Part shown: positions 14,991-28,477 of the stretch, in pieces
Numbering within the stretch: position 1 is the stretch's first letter
Layout: every line of letters starts with the position of its first letter
Source: the human T2T-CHM13v2.0 reference genome, Homo sapiens
DNA length: 64,000 nt
Reading direction: 5' to 3' (one strand)
NCBI RefSeq assembly: GCF_009914755.1
Contig: NC_060927.1
Made by a program: the position numbers and the translations under genes
Notes under the pieces: generated by a model
What the model was told of the DNA's origin: nothing
What the model saw: the letters and a program-made list of their open reading frames with translations, nothing else
Databases searched by the model: none

Positions 14991-17765
14991 TCAGCCTTGG
15001 GCATTTAGCCACTGCAGTTGGGTTGCCTGTCGGAGTAATCAACACATTCCCCCTTATTTTAAATGCCTAGAAAGACATTAGTTCCTGCATGGCAAGGCTG
15101 TACTTTCGCCAGTCCCACTTCCACAGCAATGGCCCAGGAGCAAGTTTACACACCAATTTACGTTACTGCTTAGATGACCATTTGAGGTCTTGAGGGTCAG
15201 GGCTGGCCGTGAACACTTTTCAGATCCTTAGGACATAAAACACCCAGGATTCAGCCTTGTTTGACTTGGGTTTTATCACAAGCTGACCTGAGGGACACCC
15301 TGTTACTTAAGTGGGACGTGCTCACGTGGCCACACCGAGAGTGGCAACTCTGTTTTTACCACCTTCTACCTCTGATGGCCTACAAAAAGAAAAAAAAAAA
15401 AAGAAGGGAATCTTACAAATAGAAGTTTTGTAAAGGGCTTCAGTAGAGTCCCAAGTTGGCAATAAGAACCGATGAAGGAAAGCAGATAGTGCTTTAGGTG
15501 TGGGACAAATTAAGAGCCCTAATGATAGAATGATGAACTTAAATTCTTTGGAGTACAGCTGGTTAATTATTTATGTATATTATATATATTTTTTCTATTC
15601 AATTTATAGGGACTTGAGGGTCTGGCCTACAGAAAATGGGAAAAAATGTAATAATATGATGAAAAATTTCTGACACTAACCTTCCCTGGTGGCAAATTTT
15701 ACTTCCTTAAATATCTTTACTGCACATGGATATAGAGAGCAAAAATGAGCAAGCTAATATATATATATATACATATTTGTATGCATGTTGTACACATTAA
15801 AAAAACAATCCATCTGGTCATCCATATTTTCAGAAATTCTTAAGCTACTGTTTGTCAAAATTAGAAAAAATATAATATAAATATGTGAGTCCTCCTTTTC
15901 AGAGTTTATATGGTCTTTTTAAAGTGATCATAATTCACAAATTTATATGTGAATTTTTTTTAACAGTGAAATTACGAGAAGACCATGGATACCCATATCC
16001 CTGGGGCTTAGAGAGACATGTCTATCCTGACCTGTGCACAGCACACTGAATTTTAAGCTGACTTTCAAACATTTAAAGTGAATTTTAAATTATTTAACAT
16101 GAGGGTTAAAAATGCTTTAGGTTTTCATAAGCACCCTCTCGAAAGCTACCAGATGTCTTCAGCTAATGTTGGTTAGGATGGTTTCTCTAAAAGTGTAAAT
16201 TACTCAGTCACTTTTGAAAGTTGCATTTACCCTTCCGGGTTTTCATATTACTATGAGAAAATGCCAATGCCCATGCACATTGTATTTCTACTCCAGGAGA
16301 AAACCATGAACAATAGTAACAAAGTAACAATCAACACACGATTCCTTTGTCATAGTAAATGGAAATGCTGTGGCTTGAAATAGCTTACTTTGGCCAGTAA
16401 GCAATAAGTCTCCTTTTAAAAATTGTACACTGTGCTAGCTTTTGGGTGTAACATTTGATCTTATTCAGAGAAGAGCTCTGAAAATTCACTGTATGCAAAG
16501 GGCTGTGCTAAGCATTGTATTAGGCACATTATATAAACATAGATTCTTCCTTTTCAGAGTTTATATGGCATTATTCATTGCATGGTAAATCAAAAAGGTG
16601 TGGACTTCTACCACTTTCGACTGTGCTAGCTACTGGTGCAATTACAGGCACTTATTCTCAGTAGCCATTAAAAGGCAACAACAGATTGAGATCTTGAAAG
16701 ATCGTATTGCATTTCGAGCTAAACATATCCATGTGTAACTCATTCAAGTACCTTTATCCATAAGGGCTTGAGGTTTTTCATGAGCTAAATATAAAGTTAC
16801 TGGGGGCAGGGGTTAATTCTGGGCCTAATGAGATTGATTTTATTTCTACAGACATGAAAATTCTTCTCAGCACACATGTTTTTATGGTGTCTGCTTTATT
16901 TTCAGATACTCTAAATCCTCAGCAAATTGCATCTCGCAAAGCTTAATTTAAATAAGGTTAAAGTTCTCAAACTATTTTGAAAAGCCTTTAAGATGTGATT
17001 TTTCTGCAGAAAATTCCTAAAATTTGGTATTAATTCCCTTGACCCCACAGAAATTAAGAAAAACAGCCAAACTGGGTAGTCATTACTCCCTAGGGAAACA
17101 ATGCTTGGCTGAGAGATGCTAACAGGGGCTCCACTCCAAGAGGACATTGCCCCTTAAAGTGCAGCCTATTAAAGCTTGCTTACCATGTCCCTTGGGCCAG
17201 CAAGAAGGGGTTTTTTTCTAAGCAAGGAAGGCTACACTTGGGGTGAGGTAAGGGATAGGATTGCTTTCATTTTCCAAAGAAAAGCAGCTGAGATGGTTTG
17301 GGAAAAGGGCTTCATTCATGGGAGGCAATTACAAGCTCATAATTACTGTCTGTAATTACATTCGTAATAATGATATTCAGTTGCTTAACTGGCAGGTTTA
17401 TTGGTTGGGGCACTGCTGGGAAACCTGGAGACTGAGAAGTCCCGGTTGGGTCATGAGAAAACTCAACAGGAATTTATTTAAGGAGGATTCTTGATTCTGA
17501 TCCTCGCAAGAACAGAGGGGCAACATGCAATTCCTATGCCATTCCCAAGGAAGGATGAGACTCCCATGACACTGGGGTCCTTGAATTCTACCTACTGGAT
17601 ATACTGTTGTTGGTGAGAACTGCAAGTTACCTCCACATACCTGTGGTTGGCAATAATGGTCTTCAGTAATTTCCTATGTCTAATGCCCATATCCTTTTGT
17701 TCCTTCAAAGCTCACACAAATGGGATATTTCTTTTTAGGGAGATTAACATCCCAAAAGGTTAAGT

Positions 17766-17923
17766 CAGTGATTCTCAAAGTTTGATGTGTATCAGTATCA
17801 CCTGAGGCACTATTAAACAACACTGAAGACCAGGCTTTTTGAAATTTGGATAGGGTGTGGGCATGCATAGATCTATCAAGTTCTCCAGGTGATTCTGATA
17901 CCCAACAGAGTTTGAGATCCACA
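17766..17923. mobile_element. MER5-like (hAT)
   Basis: cagtgattctcaaa...ccaggtgattctgat...gtttgagatccac. Confidence 0.7.
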
Positions 17924-18197
17924 GGGTTAAGATAAATTTAAGGTAAGAAAATAAATTAGTGACAGATTTTGAATAAGCGTGTAGTTTCTTCAGACTCCAA
18001 TATTTTACACAACCTCAGAGTAAATTTTCATTATCATTCAAAAAGTCATCCATTGTTTTGAGGTCTACTGAGTGACGCCTTAAAAGTCAGGTGTTAATTA
18101 GATATTATCTTGTAGATTGCAGGTATGGATGTAAATAAGTATTTACTCAGATTGCAGGTATGGATGTAAATAAGTATTTACTCAAAAAGCCTGTTGT

Positions 18198-18795
18198 CAC
18201 TTGGAAAACAGTGTGGAGATTCCTTAAAGAACTAAAAGTGGGTCTACCGTTTGATCCACCAATCCTACTACTAGGTATCTACCCAGAGGAAAAGAAGTCA
18301 TTATATGAAAAAGACATTTGCACACACATGTTTATAACAGCACAAATTGCAATTGCAAAAATATGGAACCAGCCCAAATGCCCATCAATCAACTCATGGA
18401 TAAAGAAAATGTGATATATATGTATACACCATGGAATACTACTCAGACATAAAAAAGAATGAAATAATGACATTCATAGCAACCTGGATGCAAGTGGAGA
18501 CTATTATTCTAAGTGAAGTAACTCAGGAATGGAAAACCAAACATCATACGTTTTCACTCATGTGTGGGAGCTGGGCTATGAGGATGCAAAGGCATAAGAA
18601 TGATACATTGGACTTTGGGGACTTCAGAAAGGGTCAGGGTGATGAGGGATAAAAGACTACACATTGGGTACAGTGTACACTGCTCAGGTGGTGGGTGCAC
18701 CAAAATCTCAGAAATCACCACTGAAGAACTTATTCATGAAACCAAACACCACATGTTCCCCAAAAACCTATTGAAATAAATAAAAAATTAAAAAT
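18198..18795 (+). mobile_element. 5'-truncated L1PB-type 3' fragment
   Basis: ORF2 C-terminal remnant (WKTVWRFLKEL) plus an L1PB-like 3'UTR; perfect TSD aaaagcctgttgt at 18185-18197 and 18796-18808. Confidence 0.88.
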
Positions 18796-20019
18796 AAAAG
18801 CCTGTTGTTCTGAGCATTATCTGGGACACAATGCACACAGTAGTAGAAGTAATATTTTTTTTAAAAAACGAGCATTCTAGAAACGATCATATCTTGTTAT
18901 TCATATAAATTATGAACCGTTTACTCTTTAATGAATCCCAGCTAACATCTGGCTTTCAATACTTCACATTCTAGACATCAACACAATTAATCAATTTAAT
19001 TAGTTATGGTGAATTAAAAATAAGTAGAACAAAATAAAATAATAACTAGATAGGGACATGTGAACTGCATTGGCTTGTGTGTCTCAAGGGAGTTTAGGCT
19101 TGAATGATTAGGTTTGCATTCGATGACCATCATTCTGATGGCTTTGATTGACACAACACTGATCCAAAGTGTTCTTTTGCAAAAGAGAAACAAACATAAA
19201 TCGCATTAACATAACTACTTACATCCTATCTCTGGATATTTCATTAAAGATGATAGAAAATAAATCTGTCCATCAAAGAAGGGAGAATTAGATTAAAATA
19301 TTCAAGTATTTCAGGACACAAGAGCGAGCTGATACCTTAGAAAAGAGCTAAAGCAAAGGAAATAGGATTATGACAAAGTGGTCAGAAGGGGTAAGCTGCG
19401 TAGGCTGGGATTTCATGGCACTCATTGCAAGAGTTTAGCTTGCATTAAAAGGCCATTAATATTAGGTACTGAGACTGACTGCAAACCATATTCTGCATTA
19501 GGGGTGTGTGTATAAAACGTGCTTTGTAAACCCAGAGAGTGTGTAGAATTATCATTGTGTAGCATCAGACTATTAGGTATGAAGCCTCAAATTTCCATTT
19601 TAATTTTTTTACTTCAACCCATAAGGTTTAGCCTTGCTGAATTCTCAGACTATGTACGCCTCAACTGATTTTTTTTTAGAATCGTGCAGGACAGGAGAAT
19701 AATGTTTGGTTGAGCATTTACTATGAGCCAGGAACTGAGCTAGACACTTTATCTTCACAAACATCCAGGGAATATATACTGCTTAACTGACAAGGAACCT
19801 AAAATTAAGAGAAGCACTTCACCTGCTCCTCTTTGCCTTTTGTGCTATTAACCGATATGTTCTCCTTATCGCCCTTAGTTTGATGAGTAGTAATTGACCT
19901 ATTAATAGCTATTGTTTTATTTGTGCTTTGAAAGTTCTTTAGAAATTGTACTTACTACCTCATTTAATTTTCCTGTTACTCATTTATATTCATAACAAGT
20001 CTCCTTGCTTTTGCTCTCA

Positions 20020-20570
20020 GCCACTTATAATCTATTTTCCACAGAGCAGCCAGAGTGAGCATTTAAAAGTATAAATAAGAGTGTATTTCTCTGGTTCTTA
20101 AAATAATCTGATGACTTCCCACCAATATTAGAATAAAATCTTCAGGCCTTACAGTGGCCTCAAGGCCCCACTGAGCCTCCCTCTGGCTGAGCTCCTCACC
20201 CATGGCTCTGCCCCCTTCTCTCTATCCTCCAGCCACATGGGCTGCCTCTAACATAGGAAGCCCATTCCCACAGCAGCATCTTGCAGAAGCTCTTTCCTAT
20301 GCTGCAGTGCCCCTGTCCAAATCCTTATATCACCAGCTCCCTGTCATTGAGGTTTGAGGGAGGCCTTTCCTGACCAGCTCTCCAACCATTTTCTCTCTAT
20401 CATCTTACTTTAGGTTCTTCATCATACTTGTCACCAATGGGAACTGTTTTGTCTGTCCTCACTGGAAATGTAAGCATGACAGAAATAGGGATGAGCACTG
20501 TTGTGGTCATTACTGTGTCTCTAGCACTTGCAAAAGAGCCTTATGAATAACAGGTGCTTGGCAAAATTTG
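20020..20570. mobile_element. L2 fragment
   Basis: ccacagagcagccagagtgag...agaataaaatc...gaggcctttcctgacca...tgtgtctctagcac. Confidence 0.6.
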
Positions 20571-23500
20571 TATGGGGGTGGGGAATGTGGACAGAATTAT
20601 CATCCCTGTTTTACATGTGTGGAAACTGAATTTAGAAAGTGATGTGGATGTACATGATGGAACTGGACTCAAACCCAGGTCTTCTGACTCTAAAACCTGA
20701 CCTGACCTTCTATAGTTCAGTTAAAGTTGCTTCTGGTTGCCAAGGACTGTAAACTTTGACCTAGTCCAGAAGCCATTTGAAGGAATGGCTCATCCCTTAT
20801 ATTTCTTGGTAGCCTCGTGAGAGGTGGTCATTAGAGAGGCCAAAAAAATAAAAATAAAAATAAAAAAAGTTGCTTCTGGAACTTTAGAGATGTGGGTTTT
20901 CTGTAAAATGGGAATATACTATTGTTTTGATGACCAAATAGGTTTATATATAAAAAGGTCTTAGAACAGTGTCCTGCACATTGTAAGCATGCACTAATTG
21001 TAAGTTCTTCACTTATGCATCCACATGACCTCTCTTCCCTTGCCTTACTCTCCAAACTCTTCTCCTCTAAACATGATTTTTAAAGAGCATTCCCCCCACC
21101 CCAAAAAAAAGAATTTCATAAATGACTCCATACCACTATATTAATGGCTAAGAACCTGGGATGAGTCACCTCACAGCAGAAGTTGTGTTTTAAAGAGGAT
21201 GCCTGGAAAGCATTGGGCCATGGCCCAAGGAATGTATCTCTAAAATTGGATTCCTAGATTCTGTGCAAGGCAAATGGGAGAAGAATTTTGGTGAAGTGAG
21301 CATTTCCTGTTAGGTTTGCCTGACCATCATTTTATCTGGCTTGATTAGCTTGGTAGCTCAAATAACATAACAATGAAGACACACATTTGATCCTTACTCA
21401 ACCTTCAAGGTCTAGTTCATCATTTAAGCTTTCTTGAAGCAATCCATCCACCCTCCAAACTTCCATCCCACTTTCCATGTATCTCTCTCCTCCATGTGCT
21501 ACCTTCTACCTTGTGATATATCCATTTACATACATGTATATAATTTTCTTAACACTCATAGTGGCTAGCACAACATCTGAAGTAATATTTATTGTCCTCT
21601 CATAACTTTGCAAAGAGAAAACTATTTCCTAGGCACATAATCCAGTAACTTTGCAAACACAAAACTATTTCCTAGGGACATAATTCATGCCCAGTTTCTT
21701 ATCCAAAAGCCACTGGTCTGCTAGGAGGACTCATCATTACAAGCAATTCAATATGGACTACCAATAGGATTGTTCTCCCAGAAGTGCTGGTGAAAATGAA
21801 ACCTATTTTGCTTTTCAGAGGCAGGAAAAGATAGTGGGTAAGAATATGGGCTCTGCTTGCCAAGGTTCAAATTCTGACTCTGCCATATATTAGCTGTGGT
21901 TTGGGGCAAATTGCTCTACCTCTTTGAATCTCTCTCCTGAATTATCCATAATATTTGTCTATGTCTCTTCTATAAGGCAAGAACTTACCATGTCCTCCTT
22001 GTATCATGTAAATGGTACATGCGCCCTTTTCCCTCTTATTGGACTCTAATCAATGTATCCATCTCTTAATCTCCACAGGTCTAAGCACAATGCTATAACA
22101 TGATGGGACCTCAATAAATATTATTTGGAAATAATTGAACATAATAAGAACAGATCAAAATACCCCGAAACTGAACAGAGCACATACAGGTTTTTATTCA
22201 TTTAGGAATTTCTATTTACTGAGCAATAATGTGCTCTATGCAAGGCAGAGTCAGCCATAACTGGTTAGCATCAAAGTTCTGCAACAAAAGGCAGCTCAGC
22301 CATCAACAGATACTGTAGCATAGCCTTAGACAAGCTCTGTGAGCAGGGAAGACAGAAAGGGCAGCTAGATGGCTTTATTCTTCCTTGTCCTCAGGCTGTG
22401 TAAACCAACCGTGTTTTTACTTTGGCATTTGTATCGGATGCCGGAGCTGGTATCTCAAGGCCATCTTTCTAAGACCTCTGAAACACTGACTTAATCGGTT
22501 AGTCCACTAACATCTGGGATGGGGTGAGCTGGTCACCAGAGGGCAGGCTCCTGGCTTGTGTTTCCCAGTGCCTTTGAATCTACCCAGGTGGCTTTGCCTG
22601 GCCTGGGAACTTTTAACAGTAGCCTGAAGCTGCAGTGCCTGCTCGCTTCCATTTATGTAGGTCTCTGCAGGAACTCTGCCCCAGCTGATGCCATGAGACT
22701 TGTAAATTTGGAATATTCGGACAAGGGAGGAGAGACATCTCCAAAATAGTGAAAAGTTAAATTGTTGGCTGTTTCTAAAGGAAATCTGCTATTACTACAT
22801 TCAAGAATTGCTATGGAAGCGTTATAGGTTATAGGACCTCACAGTGTTGGTGTGAAAGTACTTCACAATGTTGATGTGAAGAATACATGAGCCAACACAT
22901 GGACAAGGTCTAGCCTTGTGCAGAAATACAGTAAGTGTTCAAAGTGTCTCCCCCCGCCCCCCCCCCCCCCTTTTTTTTTTAACTACTAGTAATTACAGAG
23001 ACCAAATCCACAATTCTCAACTGGTGGGAAGGAGCCTGTAGGATCTATTCTCATGCTTCCCCTTTCTCTCAATTTACACGAACATTCTGGACTCTCCCAG
23101 CTCAGTTTCAGTCCTATCCACACAGCTTTCCCTTACTATTCCAGTCTGTGGTGAGTTCTTTTTCCTTTAAAATACATTTCTTATTTATTCTAAGCTCATG
23201 CAATCATGATCATTTCTGAGCTCTTGTTGGTGTATGTTAGTGTTCCCAAAATGAAGACTTAGATAGCTCTTGAGACTGTGAACAGATCCTACTTTGGTAT
23301 TCTCAACAATTTAAGCCTGCAAAATGGAGTGAAATATTCTGGTCATTGTTAGACTCATGGAGGCATGGGTCATAGCTGGGGAGGGTGTGTCTTCCTGGCC
23401 ACTGGCTCCTAAGGGAATTGAGGATAGAGTGGATGAGAAAGGGAGGGAACCATATTCATTATTTTGTACAAGGTAGCTGAAGGGCATAATCATAATAATG

Positions 23501-25877
23501 TTAGTGATAGCTCAGATTTATGGAGCATTTATTTAAGTCAGGCTACATAGACTAGGCTCCATAAATTAAAATTACTACCAACTGAACACCTACTACATGC
23601 CAGATAGCATCCGAAAGTACTTTTCATACATTATTTTATCTAACTCAGATAATGTGTTTTGATATCCCTAATCAGGGTGCACTCATCTCAAGAAGAACTC
23701 TGCTGCTTCACTCCTGAGACTTGATCAATACGGTCTGCTGAGGCCCATGTTCAACTTTTGTCCGGTTACATAAACTATGCCTTCAGAATATCTTCTTTTA
23801 GGCAAAGTCTTGCAAAATTAGCCTCTTTGTTCAAGTACGCTGCCTTTCATTGCTAAATGGTTTTGTCTTTCTTTTACTGAGCACCTGCCTATTAATTTTC
23901 TCTCTTGTTGAGACTGGGCTTTTCTGTCCCCGTGTGCAAGTGAATTTAAGTTTGCTATCACAGAGTGCTTCTCCTATTTCATTGGTGGGGATTATCAGTC
24001 CATTAAGTGGGTGAGATTTGGGAGCTGTTAGGAGATAAACAAATCTTTTCCTTATCTGGCTGCTCCCACTTCTCTGGTTTTCCTGTATATTCCATTAGGC
24101 AATCACTATCCTAATGAAAAACAATCATCATGACTGCAGAAACCTGAAATAATTACTCTGAAACTAAAAAGTACAATGATTGATAATCTTTTGATAAATG
24201 AAAACCATTAAAACAATTTTAAAGTTTGTGTTTATAACATTTATAGAGGATGCTTATTAATCTGAAGTGCAGCCTGAAACAAAACTAAAAAGCAAAACAA
24301 AACAACGTGTGTTCAAAGACCATGGTGTAAATGTCATTTGGCTGCATGAAAACATGGCGGTGACCAGGTTCATAGGCAACATCTTACAATTATTTAACCA
24401 CATAGGAACAAGCTGACTGCTGAACACTGACCAGAGGCCCTGAGCACTGGGAAAATACTTTCCGGAGGACACAATGGAATCCTCCCCCAGGAATGGTCAT
24501 TTGATTTTCCATAATTCATACCGGATTTAATCAGAGAGTCCTTAGGTTGGATGACTCAAACTTTGAGGTAATTACTCTAAAGGCCACAGAGATTCCATTT
24601 AGGATATTAGAAAAGCTACAGTGGTTGCAGAAACATTCATATTAACGAGCCACAAATGCACATAAAAGGGAACAGATGTTTACTGCTAGGATTAGGTTTA
24701 TCCTGTGCAAAAGTTCAGAGCATAATGTTTATTCTTGATGCCAGTCTGAACCCACATTTTTCAAAAAAACCCAAGATATCTTTATGAGACTCGCCCCATT
24801 TTATGCTCCCAAACATGAAATACCCCTTTTCAGGGTAGAAAATACACGTGAATCTTTTCTGACTTTGGAAACTAGGACTAGGGTATGATTTGTGGACAAA
24901 AATCAAAACTTAAGATTTATAATTTCTCAAATAAAAGACAAAATATGACTTGGGTAATTAGATCAATGGTATACATCACCCTGTAAAAATCTCAGTACTT
25001 GGCAGCAAAACACCCATATTCTTTCAACAGATTACTCTCAGGGATTAACAAAATCCACACAAATATATGCTAGTGTTAGCAGAGTAACATATAGGTCCTC
25101 CTCTGGGTTTTCATAGAATCTCACTACAATTTCCCACTTTGTTTGGTACCCAGGTGAGACTAATTTTCAATTTTTATGTGTAAAAAAATAAATAGGATCA
25201 AGATCATGGCAGATAGTTTTTAGGGAAGAGACATTTCAATCTGGAAAAGTTTGGTTTTTTCTTTGGTTCAGGAATAGAAGCACTGCCACAGCATGCACAG
25301 CTATCTTCTTGGTTATAATAGCAGGTGAGGTTTTTACACTGGTGAGATCTCCTTGAGAGCAGGCGCTTTTGGGATATTTTCAGGTCCACAGAATACTTTT
25401 AAATACACCAAAAACATATTTTATGAAATGGGCCTTAGTGGTATGACTTAAGTACCTGCAGGGTATGTAATGCTCCCCTAGGAGGGTCTATTTTAGCACC
25501 TGTATCTCACTGATACAGTCCCAACAGTAAAGAGGGGAGAATTAAATTGTCTTCTACGTGCCTGTCTTGTGGAAGATAATTTAGAACTGCAGATGGGTCA
25601 AATTGCTTGGTGTAATCTATTCTATGATTTTTTTTTTTTAAGTTTAGGAAAATGAAGAGAAGCAGGTAGGGTTTTGACTGTCTTTTCCATATCTTCCTGT
25701 TATTTTTCCCCTGAAACATTTCAATTTCTTAAATTAGAGTTGGCGAGGTTGGGGCTGGAGAGGGGGTCTGGCAGTGAGTTCCTGTAGGCCTGCTTGATCT
25801 CTACTGCTTGATCTCTACTTGGGTCAGGTGTGCCCCCTGCCTCCTCCATGCTCAAATGGCTTGTGAATATCTACGGC

Positions 25878-26037
25878 CCTGTTACTCAAAGTGCAGTCTA
25901 AGGACCTGCAGCATCAGCATCTCCTGGGAATTTGTTAGAAATGTGGGATTTCTGCCTCCAGAACAGGTGAATCACAATCTGCATTTTAACAAGATCCCCA
26001 TGTGACTCACATGCACATTAATGTTTGAGACATTCTG
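25878..26037. mobile_element. MER5A-like
   Basis: gcagcatcagcatctcctgggaatttgttagaaatg...ctgcattttaacaagatcccc. Confidence 0.75.
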
Positions 26038-26379
26038 TTCTAGGGGCACAGTCTCCATATAAAGTAGACAGAATTTGTTAAACATGTGGTTACCCAAGTG
26101 AAATGTTGGTGGGATTTAACATATACCACATAGTGATAAGAGCCATGATTTTCCTATTCAGAAATCAGAGGGGAAAGTAGTAGTTGATGAATTGTAGGTT
26201 AGGGAAATTATACATGCAGAAATTAAAAGACAGTGTATTTGATGTCTTTATTTCCTAAGTGGTTAGTTTGGTAAATTTGGTTCATAAAATGGAAAAATCC
26301 AAACACCAAGATTTCAGATTATACTTCCATTTTTTTTTGTCGGTTTCTCCTCTAAAGACAGCCAACAAAATAATAAAAG

Positions 26380-26580
26380 CAATAGCTAACATTTTATTTA
26401 TGCTTACTATATGTTAGGCACTCATTTTGATCAGTTTTCATTTAATTTTCATGATAACTCTATGAAGTAGACTGTTATTCTCATTTTTTGTATGAGGAAC
26501 CTGGAGCACAGAGAGGTTAAACAACTTGCCCAAGATCACACAGTGGATAAATGACAAAATCAGAATCCAGGCCCAAGTAG
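26380..26580 (-). mobile_element. MIR
   Basis: gcacagagaggttaaacaacttgcccaagatcacacag core; further MIR pieces at about 26670-26760 and 27180-27420. Confidence 0.7.
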
Positions 26581-27635
26581 GATTAGCTGAGCATGCGACA
26601 CCCTTTATGGGAAGTCAACACTGGAGGGCTTAGATGATCATCTCAGGCAAACAAAAACAAAAACTAAATTCCATGGGCTGAAATATGGCTCAGAGAGGTC
26701 ACATTCTTGCTCAAAGTGACTGAGATGGAGGAAGAGCTGGGATGAGTCTTGTGATTCTTCATCCCATAATCTTTTAATTGAAAACATACGTTTTTGGTAT
26801 ACAACAAAAATTCATTGCTCAATCTCAATGCTGTTTCAAATTCTGATATTTGAACCCTACACCTCAAATACTAAGAGCTGTTTTTGTAATTAAGACTCCT
26901 TTTTTTCATCTAGTAAATTAACCAAACAAGAGACAGCTGTGCAAGGAAGCATTCTGTTTCCCATACTGGTTGCTGATGATGATTTTTAAAAAGGTTAGTA
27001 TTTATGACCGGCTCTGCCTCCAAACGGCCAAACTTAAAAAGATGGCAAAAACAAAGCAACCAAGGTCATGAAGAATCAATTTGTTTCTTAGCTGCCATCT
27101 AGAAGGTTAAAAAGCTGCCAAATCATTTAGAACTGACAAAAGGATAATTTTGAGTTTATGATACTGAGCGTCAATGCCTATAGAGGGCCTACTATGTGCC
27201 ATTTCATTTACTGTTTCATTTACTCACTACAACAACATTGTGGAGGAGATGCTGTGATTAGCCCCATTTTACAGATGAGAAAACCTTGGCTGAGAGAGCA
27301 AAAGATGTTACCCAAACTTACAGATAGTAAATAGGTAGCTACTTTCATAACACCTTTGCTATCTTCTACAGGTGAGGCAATTGGAGCCCACAGAGATAAA
27401 GCATTTGTCACAGTCACAAAAGTAATTTAAGGGGAAGTGCTGCACTTGGAATCTTCCTCAGGATGGGTCAACTGGCCTGATGGCAAATGGGAACTCTTGT
27501 AATTACTATGGGCCATTTCGGCAGGACTATTGCTTTGAGAGAGGTTCATCTATTTCCTTAGCAAAAACCACTTCAAGAAGCAAAATCTCTCCTGGAAAAT
27601 GAATGGAGGAAAGGGCATTTTTCTTTAGAAGCCCA

Positions 27636-27920
27636 GCCGGGCGCAGTGGCTCATGCCTGGAATCCCAGCACTTTGGGAGGCTGCAGTGGGTGGCTCTCTT
27701 GAGCTCAGGAGTCCAAAACCAACCTGGGCAACATGGCAAAACCCCATCTCTACCAAAAATACAAAAAATTAGCTGGGTGTGGTGGCACACACCTGTGGTC
27801 CCAGCCACTTAGGAGGCTGAGGTGGGAGGATTGCTTGAGCCTGGGAGGTGGAGGTTGCAGTGAGTCACTGCACTCCAGCTTGGGTGACACAGTGGGACCT
27901 TGTCTCAAAATTTTAAAAAA
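27636..27920 (+). mobile_element. AluJ-like
   Basis: ggaggattgcttgagcc diagnostic; small deletion in the right arm. Confidence 0.9.
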
Positions 27921-28294
27921 GCATATAAAGGACATTATGTCTAAATGAATAGGGTTGTCTCATTTCACCCATGGAGCAATAGTGTCTGAACACTGATGTT
28001 TGGGAAGTTGAGAGACATAAGTTTTGGGGCGGTTCTCAGATGGCTGAATAGGAACAGCTCCAGTCTACAGCTCCCAGCATGAGCGACGCAGAAGATGGGT
28101 GATTTCTGCATTTCCAACTGAGGTACCAGGTTCATCTCACTGGGGCTTTTCGGACAGTGGGTGCAGGAGAGTGGGTGCAGCCCACTGAGTGTGAGCCGAA
28201 GCAGGGCAAGGCATCACCTCACCCGGGAAGCACAGGGGGTCAGGGAATTCCGTTTCTTAGCCAAGGGAAGCTGTGACAGACGGCACCTGGAAAA

Positions 28295-28477
28295 TCAGAT
28301 CACTCCCACCCTAATACTGCACTTTTCCAATGGCCTTAGCAAACGGCACACCAGGAGATTATATCCCACGCCTGGCTTGGAGGGTCCCACGCCCACGGAG
28401 CCTTGCTCATTGCTAGCACAGCAGTCTGAGATCAAACTGCAAGGTGGCAGCAAGGCTGGGGGAGGGGCACCCGCCAT
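28295..28477 (-). other. L1 ORF0 (antisense 5'UTR ORF), truncated to 60 aa
   Basis: MAGAPPPALLPPCSLISDCCASN... matches primate L1 ORF0. The ATG sits about 452 nt into the element; a CGA>TGA-type stop is at 28297-28295. Confidence 0.85.

Noticed and set aside
18114-18183. 35-bp repeat as a CRISPR-like array
   Set aside because: Two abutting copies, no spacers, no cas genes, eukaryotic intron.
25790-25818. 14-bp tandem duplication ctgcttgatctcta (and a 24-bp imperfect one near 22840-22885)
   Set aside because: Ordinary slippage-scale duplications with nothing suggesting function.
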